Positions 1-15,292 of a stretch of 64,000 nt of DNA are shown in pieces; within the stretch, counting starts at the first letter, position 1, and each line of letters starts with the position of its first letter. Below the pieces are notes generated by a model, which was not told the DNA's origin, searched no databases, and was given only the letters and a program-made list of their open reading frames with translations. Source of the DNA: Lama guanicoe (lineage: Eukaryota); the NCBI GenBank assembly GCA_013239625.1, contig MU054049.1:1925892-1989891 (forward strand), read 5' to 3'. The translations under genes and the position numbers were made by a program.

Positions 1-3000
1 GTTTTTGAAATTTAAAACTACACATAGAGAACTCTGAAGGAAAAGATGACTTAGGCACAATAATCTGCTCCACGTAGTATGCATCCTTCAAAAACTCAGT
101 ATGACCCCCCATCTACCTTTTAAAATTAAGTAACACATAAACAAGATTGCAAGTTCTTCACTGATAGATTCATACACCCTCATGTATAGGGAAAGAGACT
201 TTACACAGCCTTTCTGACAAGTCATAGGACACCAGCAGACAGGACAACACATACTCAATATTTTAATAATTATAGCAAAGGAAAAGATGCACCATTACTA
301 AGTTTCATTAAAGAATTTATTGTGTATATATGACTTGAGGTATAGACTTCATGCTGTATTTATTTTAAAAAAATTGCAGCTTCCAAACAGGAATATATTA
401 CTAGGCTAAACACAGCAACAAAACCTTTCAACTTTAAGGTCTAAATTTTTCCACTTAAAATTTTTTAAATGTCCTCTCACTCCTGTATTCCTACCTCTCA
501 CTCTCTACTTTTAGCAGCCACAGATGTAAACAAACAAACAAACAAAACCCTCATTTTGTTATTTACAGCAGCCTTTATGGATAAACTAACAGAAGTAAGG
601 AAACAAGAGGCCTATTCATTCTTATCTTTTCTATTCCAGACATAAAACTAAACATGGAAAGGAAGATGAAACAGTCACTAAAAACTTAGGTTTCCTTTCA
701 ACAACTAACCCATTTGCTGAAAAAGTTTGCTATACAAATCAAACTTAGAATTTAAAGCTCTTTATATTGACATTTACATTTATTGTGAAATATGTATTCA
801 AAAAGTACACAAAATACATATGCCTGGCCTAATGAATAATTATAAGGCAAACATCCATTTTTTAACTACCATTCAGGTCCAGAAACAGAAGCCAGGATCA
901 CAGAAACAGAAGTAACCTCTCTTAAACACACCCCACCCCCCAACCCCTCTTCAATCACTATGGCCTTAATGTGCCATGTAAATTTCACAGGTTAATTCAC
1001 TGAGAATGAAAAGAAATAGTGTCACAGGTGTTAAAAGATGGAAGTATCTGAAATTCCTCTAAAATGCATTAATAGAGAACTTTTCCTAATATATAGAACA
1101 TTTTGTTAAACTTTCCTGTGAAAAATGCCAGCAAGAATTATATCGATCCATTCAGAATACAAATTACAGAAGTGTTTGAATTTAATTTTGTGGAACACCA
1201 CACAGGAGGGCCATAAAACACAGATTATTTGTTCCTAGCACTTCCAACAGCTGGCAGAGAGGAAGACCAATATTAGCACTCGAGATGCAAAAAAACACTA
1301 AATAATGACCATTTCGACGCAGCAGCACCTACATATTTAACTATTTTAACTATAAATTACAAAATAACAGATTGATCTCTGTGATCTTAGCTGGGCTCTG
1401 ACAAAATTAAAAAAAGCTTAGGCAATGCTCCTCACTTCCATCCTAAATAAGGATGCTCACATAGCAGGATTAGCAGGATTAGCAGGATTCTGGGTCTCTT
1501 ACCTCTTGCACTAGCTACTAGGATTTAGGTAATAACTATAACATGGAATCACATAAATGACTGTTGATATTAACACCTCCTGTTCTAAGCAGGCATGGGT
1601 TACAAAATTCATCCATCACTCACAGAATTAGCCAAAGCAAGGTTTTACGGAGAAAAACATTGATAGCCCAAAATAAACTTAACTGTAAAATCTTAAAATT
1701 GATATGCTGTTAAATTTAAATTTCATTTTTTTCCTTAGCAAAGCAAGCCACTCAGAGTTGGGTGTAACATTAAAGTAAAGACTTTTCAAATACTGCTAAT
1801 AAGTAACATTTAAGAACCCTGTTTTAAAGAAGGACTTACTCCAAAATGTGGACATAGATAATGGCAAGCAAACACAATTCATTTATAATTTAAAACCTAG
1901 CCAAACAACTGTTTCCCTTGCACTAAAGATCTCCTTTTCCTCCTCCAATACCACCCATATATTTGTCTAAAACTTACTTCTCACTAACCCCTGCAATCCT
2001 GGGCAACAATATCCCTGTGGGCTGTTATGTGGTAAAGTTCTATATTAGTATCTTTGAAGATGTGAAACAGAAAAACACACAACTGTATTAAACACCCAAG
2101 GTCTACCGCTAAGTACATTGACAATGACAGAATAACAAACAGTCATAGGGAAGAACGCCCTTAAACCTCTAGACATGCTTTACACAAAGAGATTTCCTTA
2201 AATCTCTAACCCTGGAATGGCTGAGCAAATGATATGTCTATTTGATGGAATATTATGCAACCATTAAAACTAAAAATTATAAAGCTATGTAACATAGCTT
2301 TTATAATATATCATAAAATACTTTAAATATACTTCTTTATCTAGCTGTAACTATAAATATATATGTAAAGAGACAAAAAACTTGAAAAAATAATAAGAAA
2401 TAAATATTTGGTACAACTGTGAGAACTCCTCCAACCCTTCATAAGTTCATAAAATAAATATAAATCAGAAGGTCAAAAATGCAATGACTCCGCTCCCCAG
2501 AGATCTGTAAAACTATCACCAGCACCTTGATAATCACCTCATATCTATGATCTACACTAAACACACCAAAACTTGCTATATATTACTTTTACAGGAATGT
2601 TTCTGGGCAAGGTCACCAGATAAAGGGGAAACAAGGTCCTGTCTGAGCAGACTGATTAAGAAGGGATGGGGGGGATGATTACCTCACAGCAAGGTGACAG
2701 AGGTATTTTAACCAATGGCATGTTTTACTGCCATCACAAGGTATCAAATTTAACATTACTTTTTACCAAAATTAACAACTGTATCCAGTTTAAGGCAAGA
2801 AAATTACAAAATGCAAATAGACCATCTATATGATATAACTTCAGTGACAAAGACGATTATATCAGTTTGGTCAACTTTTCACAGCATCAAAAATTACATG
2901 GTACATGACTTCAACAACTGCTAACATTTATGAGAACACATTTCTTTAGGTGTGTGAAAAAATGCAGTATATGGAGGATATGATATATACAGGAGGAAAA

Positions 3001-3948
3001 TGATCTCAAACTTTGAAAGCAAGTAATTTCAAATTTATCATTTATATTATAAATTTCACTTTATTAGTAAAATTACCTATTCAGAGTCTGAAAAGCAATG
3101 TCATTCAAATTGGAGAACTCTCATATCCCAAAGTGATACCAGTCTAGTTGCCAAAAAATGACTTTGTCCTAACCAAAATTTGCTTTTTCCAAGAGGCTTG
3201 AATATCTTACAGGCATACTTTCTTAGGCAACAAATTTAACAGACAGATGAAACCCTGACTCTGCAGAAGACACTGAACAGATTGCTTTATGTATTATCAC
3301 TTAGAAAGTGAATACACTGAGGAGGCCATGGTGATGCAGGACTCCCACACACTGGCGAAAACTGGCACAACCTTCCAGGGAGGTAAACTGGTGATTTGTG
3401 TCAAAGGTCTTAAGACCAATACACTTTTTGAACCAGTAATTATAGTCCTAGGAATCTATTCTTGAGGAAATAATCAATGACACAAAATATTCAGGCACTA
3501 ATATGTTCATTATAAAATAGTAACATTCTAAAAAATCCACATTCAATATGTATAGGTGGATAGAATCACATTTCTTTTAAATGTAGAGTGATTGCTTCTG
3601 GGTAGCAAAATCACGAGTAATTTTTATTGTCTGACTTCTGGCATTGTCCCAAGTTTTCTGCAATTCAGATATGTTAACGACGGAAAAAACTTCAAAGAGG
3701 CAAAGCAAACTTTCCAGAGGAAACAAGGTAACAACATATCTGATTATCATTACAGATTTTTAAAGTGATTTCAGTTATACTGGTTAGCTAGATCCTTAAA
3801 ACACATCATTAAGCTGGATGAAGTGGTTATTTTGTCAATTATCAAATGAGGAAATTGACACTGAGGTCATGCAGCTTAACTAAAGTTACACAGAGTTGAG
3901 GCTAAGAACCCATGATTCTCATTTCTAATTCTATGCTCTTTTCTCCAC

Positions 3949-4125
3949 CAGTGGTTCTCAAAGCCTGGGCCCTGAACCAAGCACACCTAGGAACTTGGTA
4001 GAAATGCTAAGTCTCTGGCCTTATCCCAAACCCACTGAATCAGAAACTTGGAGAGGATGATGGGCAGCAACCTGTTTTAATAAGCCCTCCAGGGTTCAGA
4101 TACACAATATATTTGAGTGCCACTG
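3949..4125. mobile_element. MER5A-like hAT-Charlie DNA transposon relic
   Basis: CAGTGGTTCTCAAA...TTTGAGTGCCACTG termini and ACTGAATCAGAAACT core. Confidence 0.75.
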
Positions 4126-5805
4126 CTTATGTGATGTTGCCTCTCTGACACTTTGTCAAATAGTCAAAACACTTCTGGAAGAAAGGGAGTGGTGGTATTT
4201 ATTCATATACTTTCACACTTTCAGGCTCTTCCTTATTTGTAATCCAAATAAGGATTCACAATAATCTTAATTGAGTCCTAATCTTGAGTCCTTAGAATGT
4301 AATTAAGCACCCGATCTTTCTCTTGGATTACCACTAGCAGTCCTAGAGCGCAGACAGATCTTCAGTACTCTCAAGTTATAGGATATGAGCTAACAAGAAC
4401 ACTGGAACAACACAAGCTAAAAATGATCAGATAAGGAAGAGTCTGTTAGATTTAGATTTGTGTGCATGGACAGGGAGTGAGAGAAGGAATCAGAAATGTA
4501 ATTTTTAACTCAAAGCATTACTCCTAGATAATATTCTTCTGACCTCGGTCACCATGAAAACCGGTATGACAACCTGATCTGCTGAAATCCAGCCCATCAC
4601 TACTTACAGAGCACTCCCAATAAGGAAAGCATTATACAGATGCTCCAGGAAACACAAAGCTAAGAAAGACATAGTCTGGGCCCCAAGAAACTTTCAACGT
4701 ACAAAAAAAAGTCAACATTTCATCAAGAATAAAGCAAGGCAAAGAGCGGGAGTGCTGCAAGATAAATTTAAAAATTTGTCATGGAAATTAAAAAAATTTT
4801 GAATTTTTTCAAAGTCATTTTGGTGGGAGCAGACACGAAAATGTGAATCTGGATAGAGAAAACTGGAGGAAGGGGACATATCAGTCTCTTATTACTGAAA
4901 AAATATGCAGCAAGTAGGAGGGGAGGATGTGTGAAGAGGGAAATTATCCTGTGATTGCAGGCAATAGTGGGAAGAACACTGACTGGGTTACATCGTCCTG
5001 CCAGGGACAAAGTATGTCACTTTGGCCCAAAAAGTTCATTTCTAAATCAGAACTACTCATTTACAATAGGTATAATAAGTATCATATTATATATCTCTCA
5101 GAGTTATTTATCTTTAAAAAAAAAAAAGACCAGAGAGGGAAAGGCCCCAATAAAAAAATAAAGCACATGTTTATAGTTCAATACTCTCTATTAGGTAAGT
5201 TAAAATTGTATAATGCTGAAAATATTTCAATACAAAATGTTTCCATTTCAAAAAACTTTCAGTTTCTATTATCAGTAAATGAAGCATATATAATATGGGT
5301 AACTAAATCATGGACAGAAAAATCAAATTATAAAAATTTTTTAAAATAGATTGTATATGAAAGTATCTTTCTTTGGGGGAAACTTACTTATCTAGCAAAA
5401 GTATACTGGCAGCTTCTTCTAAAGAAACAATATCACATTTGGGAAAGCTTATATATACATTTATACATATATATATATATAAAAAGGTTACTACAGTATA
5501 ATTGAGAACAGAATGAAACTGGATGCAACCTAGATGTTTGAGAATATGGGAACCATTAAATTCTCAAAATCTAGTCTTGAAATATTATGCAGCCATTTGA
5601 CAATATTGAAAGTGGTACAAGACAATAGAAAATGCATATTATGAGAGAATAAAATAAATTTCAAAATTAGCTCCTAAAACATACATGTAAAATAATGGAA
5701 ATATTTTTCACCAAAATAAAAGATGATAACTGCATTAGTGTGACATAATTATGGCTACTTTTCTCAAACTTTTCTATTAGAGTTGTCATACTAGTTTCAT
5801 AATTA

Positions 5806-5901
<96 letters not shown>

Positions 5902-7159
5902 CTATGGAAAAAGCATAAATAAAACTTTATGATATAGTGAAGTGAATTATCTATGAATAGCCTGTCTCCTTTATGAACTACTTCTGGTATATTTCTTAAT
6001 GTTGGAGAAGCTTCCTCTTACCATTAGCTATTCCACATCAGTAGCTGTGAACAAACAGAATGCATACTAATTTATTTCACTTAAGGAAAATGAGATTAGA
6101 AAGGCCAAGTAATAAGGAGGGAAAACATAATTACTCTAAAACATACATTCTAAACAAAGGTGATATAATTCAAGTGGAGAAAAACTGGGGATCTTGGAGA
6201 TAAAAAAAATTAAATATTATGGTGATTTTTGGCCCTCAAAGGGGTCACACTATATATACAGATATATAGTGTATTAGTATTAAGATTTCATGAGAGTAAA
6301 GTAGGAAAAAAATATCTAAGAAGGCTCCCCGGGGAAGAGGGCAATAATGAAAAAAGATTGAGAAACACTGCCCTAAAGCATAACATGGTTTTTGTTCCTT
6401 TATTATCAGCTATCTTTATCTTTTTTTATCAGCTATCTTTATAAGCTACATGCAAATGATTACCTTTCCCCAGCAATTCATGTAAATTACTTTTCTTTGT
6501 AAAAAGTCAAACTACTGCGCCATCTATTGGTTGTAATGTTTAACTGAATAGGCAACACTATACCTGGCTATCAGATCAGGTACGCATAATACAATCCAGT
6601 AGTTACACAGAAAAACTGTTATTTACAATTATATTTTATCTCACCGTTTAAAATTTCCATTTTGATCATATTTTATAATATACATATTAAATTAATAAAG
6701 AAGTAAAACATAGAATTTATTAAAAACCATTTATAATCAGAATGCACACCCCCCAATAGCAAAAGTATACTGGCAATCTAAGTCTAAAAAACACTTGTGT
6801 TAGATTAGTACTATAAACTTTTCAAATCTCCTCATCATTGAAGAATTTTTTAAAAATTAACACTCTGCCAAAGAGCTTCCTGAAAAATATTTCATGCCAC
6901 AGAAATGATCACCAAGCATCTAGGTTAAAAAATGAGCCAACAAGATGTGTATTATTTACTTGGAATCAGAAGATATCCAAATTCCTTCAAAAAGGAAGAA
7001 AAAAAGCATCAACCATAAAATAGCATAGCAAGAAAAAGCTTTTATTTTTCTCTTACAGCCTTAATACAAAATTTTCCATTAGGAAAGAAAAGATTTTAGG
7101 GACTTTTTTTTTCTGATCACTGGTATCTGATTTCAGAACCTCAGACAAAGTTTTAAATA

Positions 7160-7550
7160 GCAATGTGTATCAACAGATGAATGGACAAACAATGCATTTA
7201 CTGGAATAAACTACTGATACACTCAACAACATGGATGAATCTCAAAAATCTCCATTCTAAGTGAAAGGAGCCAGACAGATTAGCATATATACTATATGAT
7301 TCTGTTCACGTAAAATGTAAACTAATCTACAGTTTTTTAAAAAAGTAGATCAATAGTTCCCCAGGGTCAGTACAGAAAGAGGAAACTGACCGTAAAGGGG
7401 TAAGAAGAATCTTTAGCGGGTGACAGGAATGTTTTGTATCTTGATTGTACTGGGGGCTTCAAGGTATATGCAAATGTTAAACCTCATTAAATTACATTCT
7501 TTAAAAAGATGCACTTTTCTTATATGTAATTATTCCTCAAAGTTGATATA
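7160..7550 (+). mobile_element. Old L1M 3' end fragment
   Basis: CAACAGATGAATGG, CAACATGGATGAATCTCAAAA motifs. Confidence 0.75.
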
Positions 7551-8139
7551 GAAAAACATTTTAAATAGCATGTACACTCTTATTCTTTCATGAGGTTTTA
7601 TAATGAGCATTAACTCCTAGTATTTACTTTTACTTCAGGTCTCAGAATTAGTTCTCCTGTGAGGTCTCCTATCACTAGAAAAAAACTGAATGCTACTCTA
7701 TATTCTTAGCTATCAACTACTGAGGTTTTGGCAGTTCATAATTCATAATAAGCACAATTAGATAAAGTACAAAGAAGTCTACTCTTTGCAAATTATCAGA
7801 CACATTATTTATGGAAACATTACATTGTAAGTCAATTTTTGAGGACATTATTCTTTTTTTAAACTCTTTTTTTTAATTGAAGTATGGTCAATTTCTGGTG
7901 TACAGCATAATAGTTCAGTTATACAGCTTTTTTAAACTTTTAACATTTCTAATCCCTCTTAACATCAAATGGCATAAAAACAGCGAAAAGATTATTATAT
8001 TCAATAAGACAGATTTAATGTTTCCCCCTCCCTCTCATAGTGTTCTTTCAGGAAAGAAAACAATTACCATAAGCAGAGAGAAGAAAATTTCACTGGGTTA
8101 CTTTCTTCTGTTGAATCTACCATAAAATAAACAAGAAAG

Positions 8140-8310
8140 ATAGCACAGGGAAATATATACAAGATTTTATGGTAGCTCACGGTGAAAAAGAATGCGACAA
8201 TGAGTATATGTATATTTATGTATAACGGAAACATTGTGCTCTACACTGGAAATTGACACAACATTATAAACTGACTATAACTCAATAAAATAAAATTTTT
8301 TAAAAAATTA
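8140..8310 (+). mobile_element. 5'-truncated lineage-specific L1 3' terminus
   Basis: TAGCACAGGGAA...GAAATTGACACAACATTATAAACTGACTATAACTCAATAAAA plus A-rich tail. Confidence 0.8.
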
Positions 8311-9948
8311 AAGCAATCACCCCTTCCTAAAGTAATCATGGCATATGAAGGAATTGCTAAAAGAGGTGAGCAGGAATATAATTCAGGACACTATGATTAT
8401 TCTGCATTTGTGCTTAAAGAAAAAATATGAAAATTCTTCAATAATCCTGTTTATGAGACCATAAAGGCCCCAAGATAGGGTTCTTCAAATGGAGTTTGGA
8501 TAGTATTCTTAGGTGGCCTGTTTTCTGTGTTTCTGAGTTTATGATTATGGTTTCAGAATGAATACAAAGGCCAAAAATAAAGCACTGTAGGAATAAAGGC
8601 TAGTACTTTAAATAGATAAAAACAGTGGAAAGATTGAGCCATCCTAAGATACACTGCAGTACAAGAATGTCAAATTCTAAAGAAGCTGAGCCAAAGTGGT
8701 CACTATTATATTTTTTTGCAAGCTAATGTTCTGCATACAGATCCCACCTTGGCCTCTACCAGCACCCACCAACTGTTTGTGATTAGTAAGAAAAGTAGTA
8801 AATACAAAATGAAGAATTTTTTCTTTATATAGTATTTTTTTTTAAGTTTCTCATCATACTATTTTGCGGGGTTAAAAAACTTCTGTACAAAAAAAGGAAT
8901 ATTGATTACAAATTGCTTTCACTGTGACAATGAACACAACTGAATGATGGTTCACAATGTTTAAAATGGAGAAAAAAAGTCAAACTGACATAGCTGGATA
9001 CTATAAGCACAAAGAGTTTATATGTGGTTTTATGTTTGTACATATGTAATTAACATTATACTGAAAATAAGTAAACTATGGCAGACCCTGAGAATTTCTC
9101 CCATTTAAAAAGAGTACATTATGATATTGAGAAACACTGTCCCAAAGAAATGAAATTTTCAAAATATGTTATGGCACAACATACCAATGTTTTTCATGTT
9201 GAGAAAGAAAAAGAGCTCTAGAAAAGGTACAGAAAGTTTAAGAACAACTTGTTAAGTACAAATGGAAAAATATAAAACCTGAGAAACTGCACACAACAAA
9301 CTCTCTCAGAAGTATAAAAAAATCTGTTATGGTTATAAAAATTTTACAAGTTTACATAAGACTATAGTGCAAAAAAATAAACATATATACTCAGCCATAT
9401 TTTAAATATGAGGGAAAAAATCGAATGGCCTTACAGTCTTAAATGAAGTATTTTTTTAACCAAAAAACAAATTATTGCCAAAACATAAGATTAATAAATA
9501 AATTATGAAACTGCTAGAAGCTATATTAAGAGCAATAAAAAACAGAAATGCTTAATGTATACTTTAATCATTAGGAAACTCAGCTTCCCTTTGGGCAAAT
9601 ACTGCTGAAGTCATAATTCTTCCCTGATTTACTTTTAAAGACATTTCGGGAGCATAATTCTAAAACAAAAATAAAAGAGAAGCTAGGACTGAAGGAAATT
9701 GGATGGGGAATCAAGAAACAGAGGTCTTACTCCTGGTTCTCCAAATTGCACTGTGTGGCTCCAGGCAAGTCATTTACAACTCAATTCTTCAACTCATTTC
9801 CTAGTGATGGAGTGGAAACCAAGAAAGTCTCTAAAGAGAGTTCTTCAGGAAGCAGGCACTTAACATATAAATGATGCTGCTACCTGACTTTATTAAAGAT
9901 CAAAAAATGTCTCTAAGGGAGGAGACCAGGGCTCACCTCTAAGAATTA

Positions 9949-10122
<174 letters not shown>

Positions 10123-10166
10123 TCAGAAGGAAATCAAGCAAGTAATAAAATATTTTTCAGAGACTA

Positions 10167-10367
<201 letters not shown>

Positions 10368-11014
10368 CTACAAAATGATCCAAGGAAAACAGCCAAAGCA
10401 AATGCAGACCAGATCCTAGGCAAGAAATCTCCTAAGTCCTTTTCAGTTCTTCCCACTCCTTACCTCCAAGTAATCAGTTTCCAAGTCACCATGTCCTGGG
10501 TATTCTATCTTTATCCCACCTAGCCTCCTGGTTCTCATTCTTCCTTGCCTGAACTCCTGCCAACAGTCTTCTATCCCTTGCCCTAATTCCAACTGCTCCC
10601 AGACACATTCATCCCCCATAAAACCCTCTGCCCGACTTGGGAATAACATTATCTTTCTACAGTATTCCCAAGCTTCTAATCCTATAATGGCTCCCCTCTG
10701 CCTATATTTTGATTCTAAATGATGTTCCTAGTTCTCAACACCCTCTCTCACCCAAAATACTCTCTGGTTAAACATCTGTTCTGACCTTCAAGACTCAGTT
10801 CAATTTTCATTTCCTCTAAGAAGTCTTTAAAAACTTTCTAATAGGCAGTAAGCTTATTCCTTCTTGTTTTATTAAGATCATTATCATATTAAAACACACT
10901 TTTTTCCCCTTCATGCACTAGACTCTAAACTTCTTCAGAATAACTATATTAACTATGTATTTTGAGTATTTACAACAAGCTGACATGTAAGATGTGTAAG
11001 TGTACACATATGTA

Positions 11015-11235
11015 CAGTTGACGCCTGAACAACATGGGTTTGAACTGCAGGGGTCCACTCACAGAAGGATTTTTTTTTCAATACATATGTACTACAGTAC
11101 TACACAATCAGCAGCTGACTGAACCTGTAGATGGTGAAGCTTGGATATGGAGGGCCAACTGTACAGGTAAACTCAGATTTTCGACTGCCCGGAGGGTCAG
11201 CATCCCTAACCCTCGAGGTGTTCAAGGGTCAACTG
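11015..11235. mobile_element. Tigger2-derived MITE (TcMar-Tigger)
   Basis: Terminal inverted repeats CAGTTGACGCCTGAACA / TGTTCAAGGGTCAACTG flanked by TA on both sides. Confidence 0.88.
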
Positions 11236-11259
11236 TATATGTAAATACACATTTACATA

Positions 11260-11268
<9 letters not shown>

Positions 11269-11300
<32 letters not shown>
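11269..11300. repeat. (CA)n microsatellite
   Basis: About 16 AC units. Confidence 0.95.
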
Positions 11301-11303
<3 letters not shown>

Positions 11304-11559
11304 TTATAATAAACATTAGGTAAATGTTTAAGGACGAAGATATTTTTTTAATGTCCTAATCTGCACATTTCATATAAATGGAATCATACAATATGTGACC
11401 CTTTGTGTTTGGCTTCTCATTAACCGTAATGTTTTCATGGTTCATCCATGCTGTAGCATGAATGAGAACTTCACTGAAGATCATCAAATAATCGCAAAAA
11501 TAAATACAAAATTTCAACTGTAAGACGCTATGAATGAGAGGTTCATAGTGTAATGAGAA

Positions 11560-12030
11560 CCTTTCCAAACAACTTTAATTTATCTGGTGAGCTTAGGGAA
11601 GCTTCTTTGAGGAAGTAGCAATTGAGCTCAACTCCAAAGGATAAAAAGAAGTTAACTAGGAAAAGGTGGAAAGAAGATTGTTTCTTAAGAAGGGAACAGC
11701 TTATGGAATGAAAGACTGTCAAATAGACAGCTTCATAACATGTCTGCAACTCAAGAGAAATAAATTTGTAGGCCATCTATCCAGATGACCAGTAAAACCA
11801 TCAGTACATGTAAGACTGTTCAGAGAAAGAGGGAGAAGATAAGAGGACCTATGAAAAAGCCTTGGGGAACTCCAACCATGTCTAATGGCTACATATAGGA
11901 AAAAAACTAAAAGGAACATAGGTGACTGAGGAGGTAGGAAGAAAATTCAGATTAGATGGTGTCAAGGAAGCCAGAGGAGAATATTCCAAGGAGGAAAGAA
12001 TGGTCACGAGTCAGAATTGGCTGAGTCATC
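11560..12030 (-). mobile_element. Degenerate L2 fragments
   Basis: AGGGAAGCTTCTTTGAGGAAG and GGTGTCAAGGAAGCCAGAGGAG-type L2 motifs. Confidence 0.5.
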
Positions 12031-14099
12031 AATCGTGCCAAAAGTATTTGCACCTCCATACGGGGACCCCAGAGGTGATTCTGTAAAGATGTTCCATGTA
12101 ATCTGAGGTGGAAAAACAGGTACCATAGAGCTCCACACATAGGGGAACACATATGTAAGAATATGCTCTGCGCATCCATCTGTCTAAATGGGTGTGTGCG
12201 TGTGGAGTGCATGCATCTATGTGTGTATTTGCCTATATGTGTGTATGTGTTTTGTGTGCATGTGGGCATGAGTGTGTTTACAGATAATCAAGTACTGACT
12301 GTCATGTCCATGCAATTTCAGACTGCCTTACGTTTCCAATGCTAAATATCAGCTTCATTTTATTAATTCAAATTCTGTAATTATTAATATCCGACATCTT
12401 AGAAATCTAACTAAGGACTGTTCATTTAATAACTATTAATTATATTAATTACATATATATCACATTACCATATTCAAGAAAAAGGACCTGGAAGGAAATA
12501 CACCAAACTGTTAAACTCTGGGAATGGATCTATGAGACACTTGACTTTAATGAGGTACACACTTTCACATAACAGTTGCTTTTTTCTTTTCAATGATCCT
12601 GTATTACTTTTGTAATAAAATAAAACCTTCATAAATTCATGGGTCATTGGCTATCTAACAAATAAACAAACAGTAATTACAGAGATTAAATAATGACGGT
12701 ATAAGATGCTTCAGGGCTTTTTGTGGGCATGGGAGAGAGGAAGCAGGAAAAGTCAAAAAATCACTTATCTCCTCCAATTAATCTTTACTGCAATCTGCAG
12801 TGTTAACATCTTGCAGTCACCCAAGTCTTTTCTTAATTTTACGCACATTATCAATGTCTCTTTTTTCCATATCACCCATGCTTAAGAATTTACCATGTCC
12901 TACCAATTTTACTTCAAAATGATGCAACCATTTTTCTTTCATATTCCCACAATTATTATACTGTCTTAGTTATTTTCAAACTGTTTTAAGTAGCAGAACT
13001 CTTTTTTCCCTATGAAATCTGTTATGAAATCACTATATTTAAATCAAATAAAAGCTATTTTTATAAATATAATTTTTACATTAACTTTAGTTATTCTAAC
13101 ATCAATAAATGGCAAGGAGGCTATTTTAAGAAACATTAAAATTGAAACTGGGAGTTACAGATGACAGCTAAAGCTTACATCCACCTACTACTTAATTTAT
13201 GTTTATACTTCTTATCCAGTATTAAGAAAATCCTATTCACACACCTAAATAGTTGTAAATGGTAACTTTTTTAAACTGTTATTTTGACAGTTATAGAAAT
13301 TCTTCAGTCACACAGCAGTGGCAATAGAACCTTGATTCTATGGTCTGCACAAGAATGAGTTTTCTTGGCAAAATTTGCTGGTTAAAATACGGTATAAAGA
13401 ATTTTTAAATTTGAATGTATTTGTTAGTTCTTTTATTATAGGTTTTTCAGTTAAAAATATAATTTAGAAAAGAAACTTGAGTCAAATTTCAAAAGAACCC
13501 TTGAACCATCTTCATGTACCACAATGTAACCATCTCCTTACTTTTCATCCCTTACCTGAGCTTTTACATTATCTTTCCCTGTTTACAATGTATCCTCACT
13601 TCAATTTTCCTTACAGAGAACTGTCTGATTAATCCTGCTATACAAACAGTACAGCTATTGTCTGCACAGATATTTTAATAATTTCCAATTCCTATAAACT
13701 CAAGTCCAGTTCCTGGCACCTGAAAGCCTCTATGATGTGGACCCAAACCACTTTTCAGGTCTTTTCTTTCCCATCCAAATTCTCAGCTCTAGCAAACCAA
13801 TTGTTTTCCATTTCTTAAACATGGATTTAAACTACACAGCCTTTTCCTATAAAGGTTATGCATCTGGAATTCCCTTGCCTTACTAACTCCACCTCAGAAA
13901 TTTCTGCTCCTCTTTTGGAGCTCAGCTCAAACCCAACCACCCTGCTCAGTGTTGCTTCTACCCAACCAGGCTAATGAATTCTGTACTTCAGGATATTTAA
14001 TCACACCTAGACGAAGTCGTACAAGAAAAGGGATTTTTTTTTTAAGTAGTCCCTGTGAAATCTAATAGAGACTAATAAGGGAGATGACTATTTAAAACT

Positions 14100-14460
14100 A
14101 CTCAATGAGTGATAGAAATCTTCTAAAATTGGATTACGGTGATAGTTGCCTAACTCAGCAAATTAACTATCACTGAATTGAGTATTTAAAAAGGGGAAAT
14201 TTTATATACTTCAATAAAGTTGCTTTGTTTAAAAAGAAAAAAAGAAACTATGGAAAGTGTAAAAGAGGTTACCAGGGGCCAGTGAGGCATGAGAAGTTAT
14301 TGTTTAGTAGGTAGAGTTTCTGTGTGGGATGATAAAAAATTCCTGGAAATGGATAGTGGTAATGGCTGCACAACACTGTGAATGCCACTGAAAAGTACAC
14401 TTAAAAATCATTACTATGGTAAATATCATACTTTGTATATTTAACCACAATTTTTAAAAA
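14100..14460 (+). mobile_element. L1M 3' end fragments
   Basis: TTCTAAAATTGGATT..GGTGATAGTTGC and CTGGAAATGGATAGTGGTAATGGCTGCACAACA motifs. Confidence 0.75.
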
Positions 14461-14883
14461 TGAGGTTGGTTTCCGACATGTTGAATTCTGATACCTGTGG
14501 CACAGTGATGATGTCTAGCAAAAGGGAAAGCTCAGAAAAGAGGGTAAAACTGGAGAATAATTTAAGGATACTGAATCATACACAGGTTTGAATTTTAGTA
14601 CCCAACATGCAGTGAGTGCTCAATAAATATTGTCAACTGAGTATTTTTTTAAATCCAATATTCTTAAAAATACAAAAAATTTCAATTTCCTCATCATCTG
14701 ACAATGATTCATCTTATAGATTTGTTAAGTATTGTATTAAATAAGCTACCATTATATTTCTCCATCCTGTAGACTCCTCAGTACTTTATATCTGCAGAAA
14801 AGAGAAGCACTTTCTATGCCTTGGTCTGTTTTTCACATTAATAAGTATCACAATAAATTAAGAATTGGCATCTTCTCTCTTTA

Positions 14884-15162
<279 letters not shown>

Positions 15163-15220
15163 TTACCCAGAACATTATTGTTAAAATGTGCCAAGCTTGC
15201 TCTGTCTACTTGGTATTTAC

Positions 15221-15292
15221 AAAAAACAAAAACAAAAATAGCCAAAAAAAAAAAAAAAAAAAAACAAAAAAAAAAAAAAAAAAAAAAAAAAA
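15221..15292. repeat. Long A-rich tract (poly-U in the PARG pre-mRNA)
   Basis: About 70 nt, almost all A. Confidence 0.95.

Noticed and set aside
1462..1489. (TAGCAGGAT)x3, plus similar short duplications near 6403-6442, 23021-23050 and 52843-52885
   Set aside because: Ordinary slippage duplications without unique spacers; not CRISPR-like.
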